Assembly: GCA_012295275.1 (NCBI GenBank)
Contig: CM022667.1
Coordinates: forward strand, 5,952,001 to 6,016,000
DNA: 64,000 bases
Direction of reading: 5' to 3'
DNA from: Chrysomallon squamiferum
Taxonomy: Eukaryota > Animalia > Mollusca
Shown: one piece after another, positions 63,881-64,000 of the stretch
How positions within the stretch are numbered: position 1 is the stretch's first letter
How the letters are laid out: each line of letters starts with the position of its first letter
The notes under the pieces: generated by a model
What the model saw: the letters and a program-made list of their open reading frames with translations, nothing else
Told to the model about the DNA's origin: nothing
Database searches by the model: none
Position numbers and translations under genes: made by a program

Positions 63881-64000
63881 TATTGGGACTGTTACAAAGT
63901 TTCATGCAAATGGAGAATACTTGTTTATGTTTTGCTTGTTTATTTATTTATTTATTTTAATTTTATTGTGCTTGGTAGTTATGTAATTTAGGTATCATTA

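Overview
AT-rich, intron-containing animal DNA with many microsatellites and two 200-N scaffold gaps (36220-36419, 56532-56731). An invertebrate, plausibly a mollusc or other lophotrochozoan, is an inference from domain style only. Almost the whole window is one tandem cluster of 6-7 paralogous single-pass immunoglobulin-superfamily receptor genes, labelled A-G left to right and reconstructed by hand from GT-AG boundaries. The common plan is signal peptide - atypical V-like Ig - two Ig domains starting (Y/S)GP with a CxxxCxxxCxxxW motif - Ig4 - cysteine-less Ig5 - FN3 - TM - tail in three exons. The tail carries an ITIM-consensus motif (SLYDDL), a correctly spaced ITAM core (YSSL-x7-YSVL) and a YEN motif. 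Two very different head modules (V1: A, B, G; V2: C, E, F) are joined through near-identical Ig4/Ig5 exons to two tail modules (TM with Glu: B, D, E; uncharged TM: C). V domains vary in patches and look mosaic. There is an FN3 deletion, an internal V-Ig duplication, disabled exons and 107-bp repeats of the V2 splice acceptor. This looks like a rapidly evolving, recombining immune or allorecognition-type receptor complex; function is inferred, not shown. The plus-strand block between the gaps is probably a mis-oriented contig: flipping it makes all genes head-to-tail and joins F (5' half) to D (3' half).
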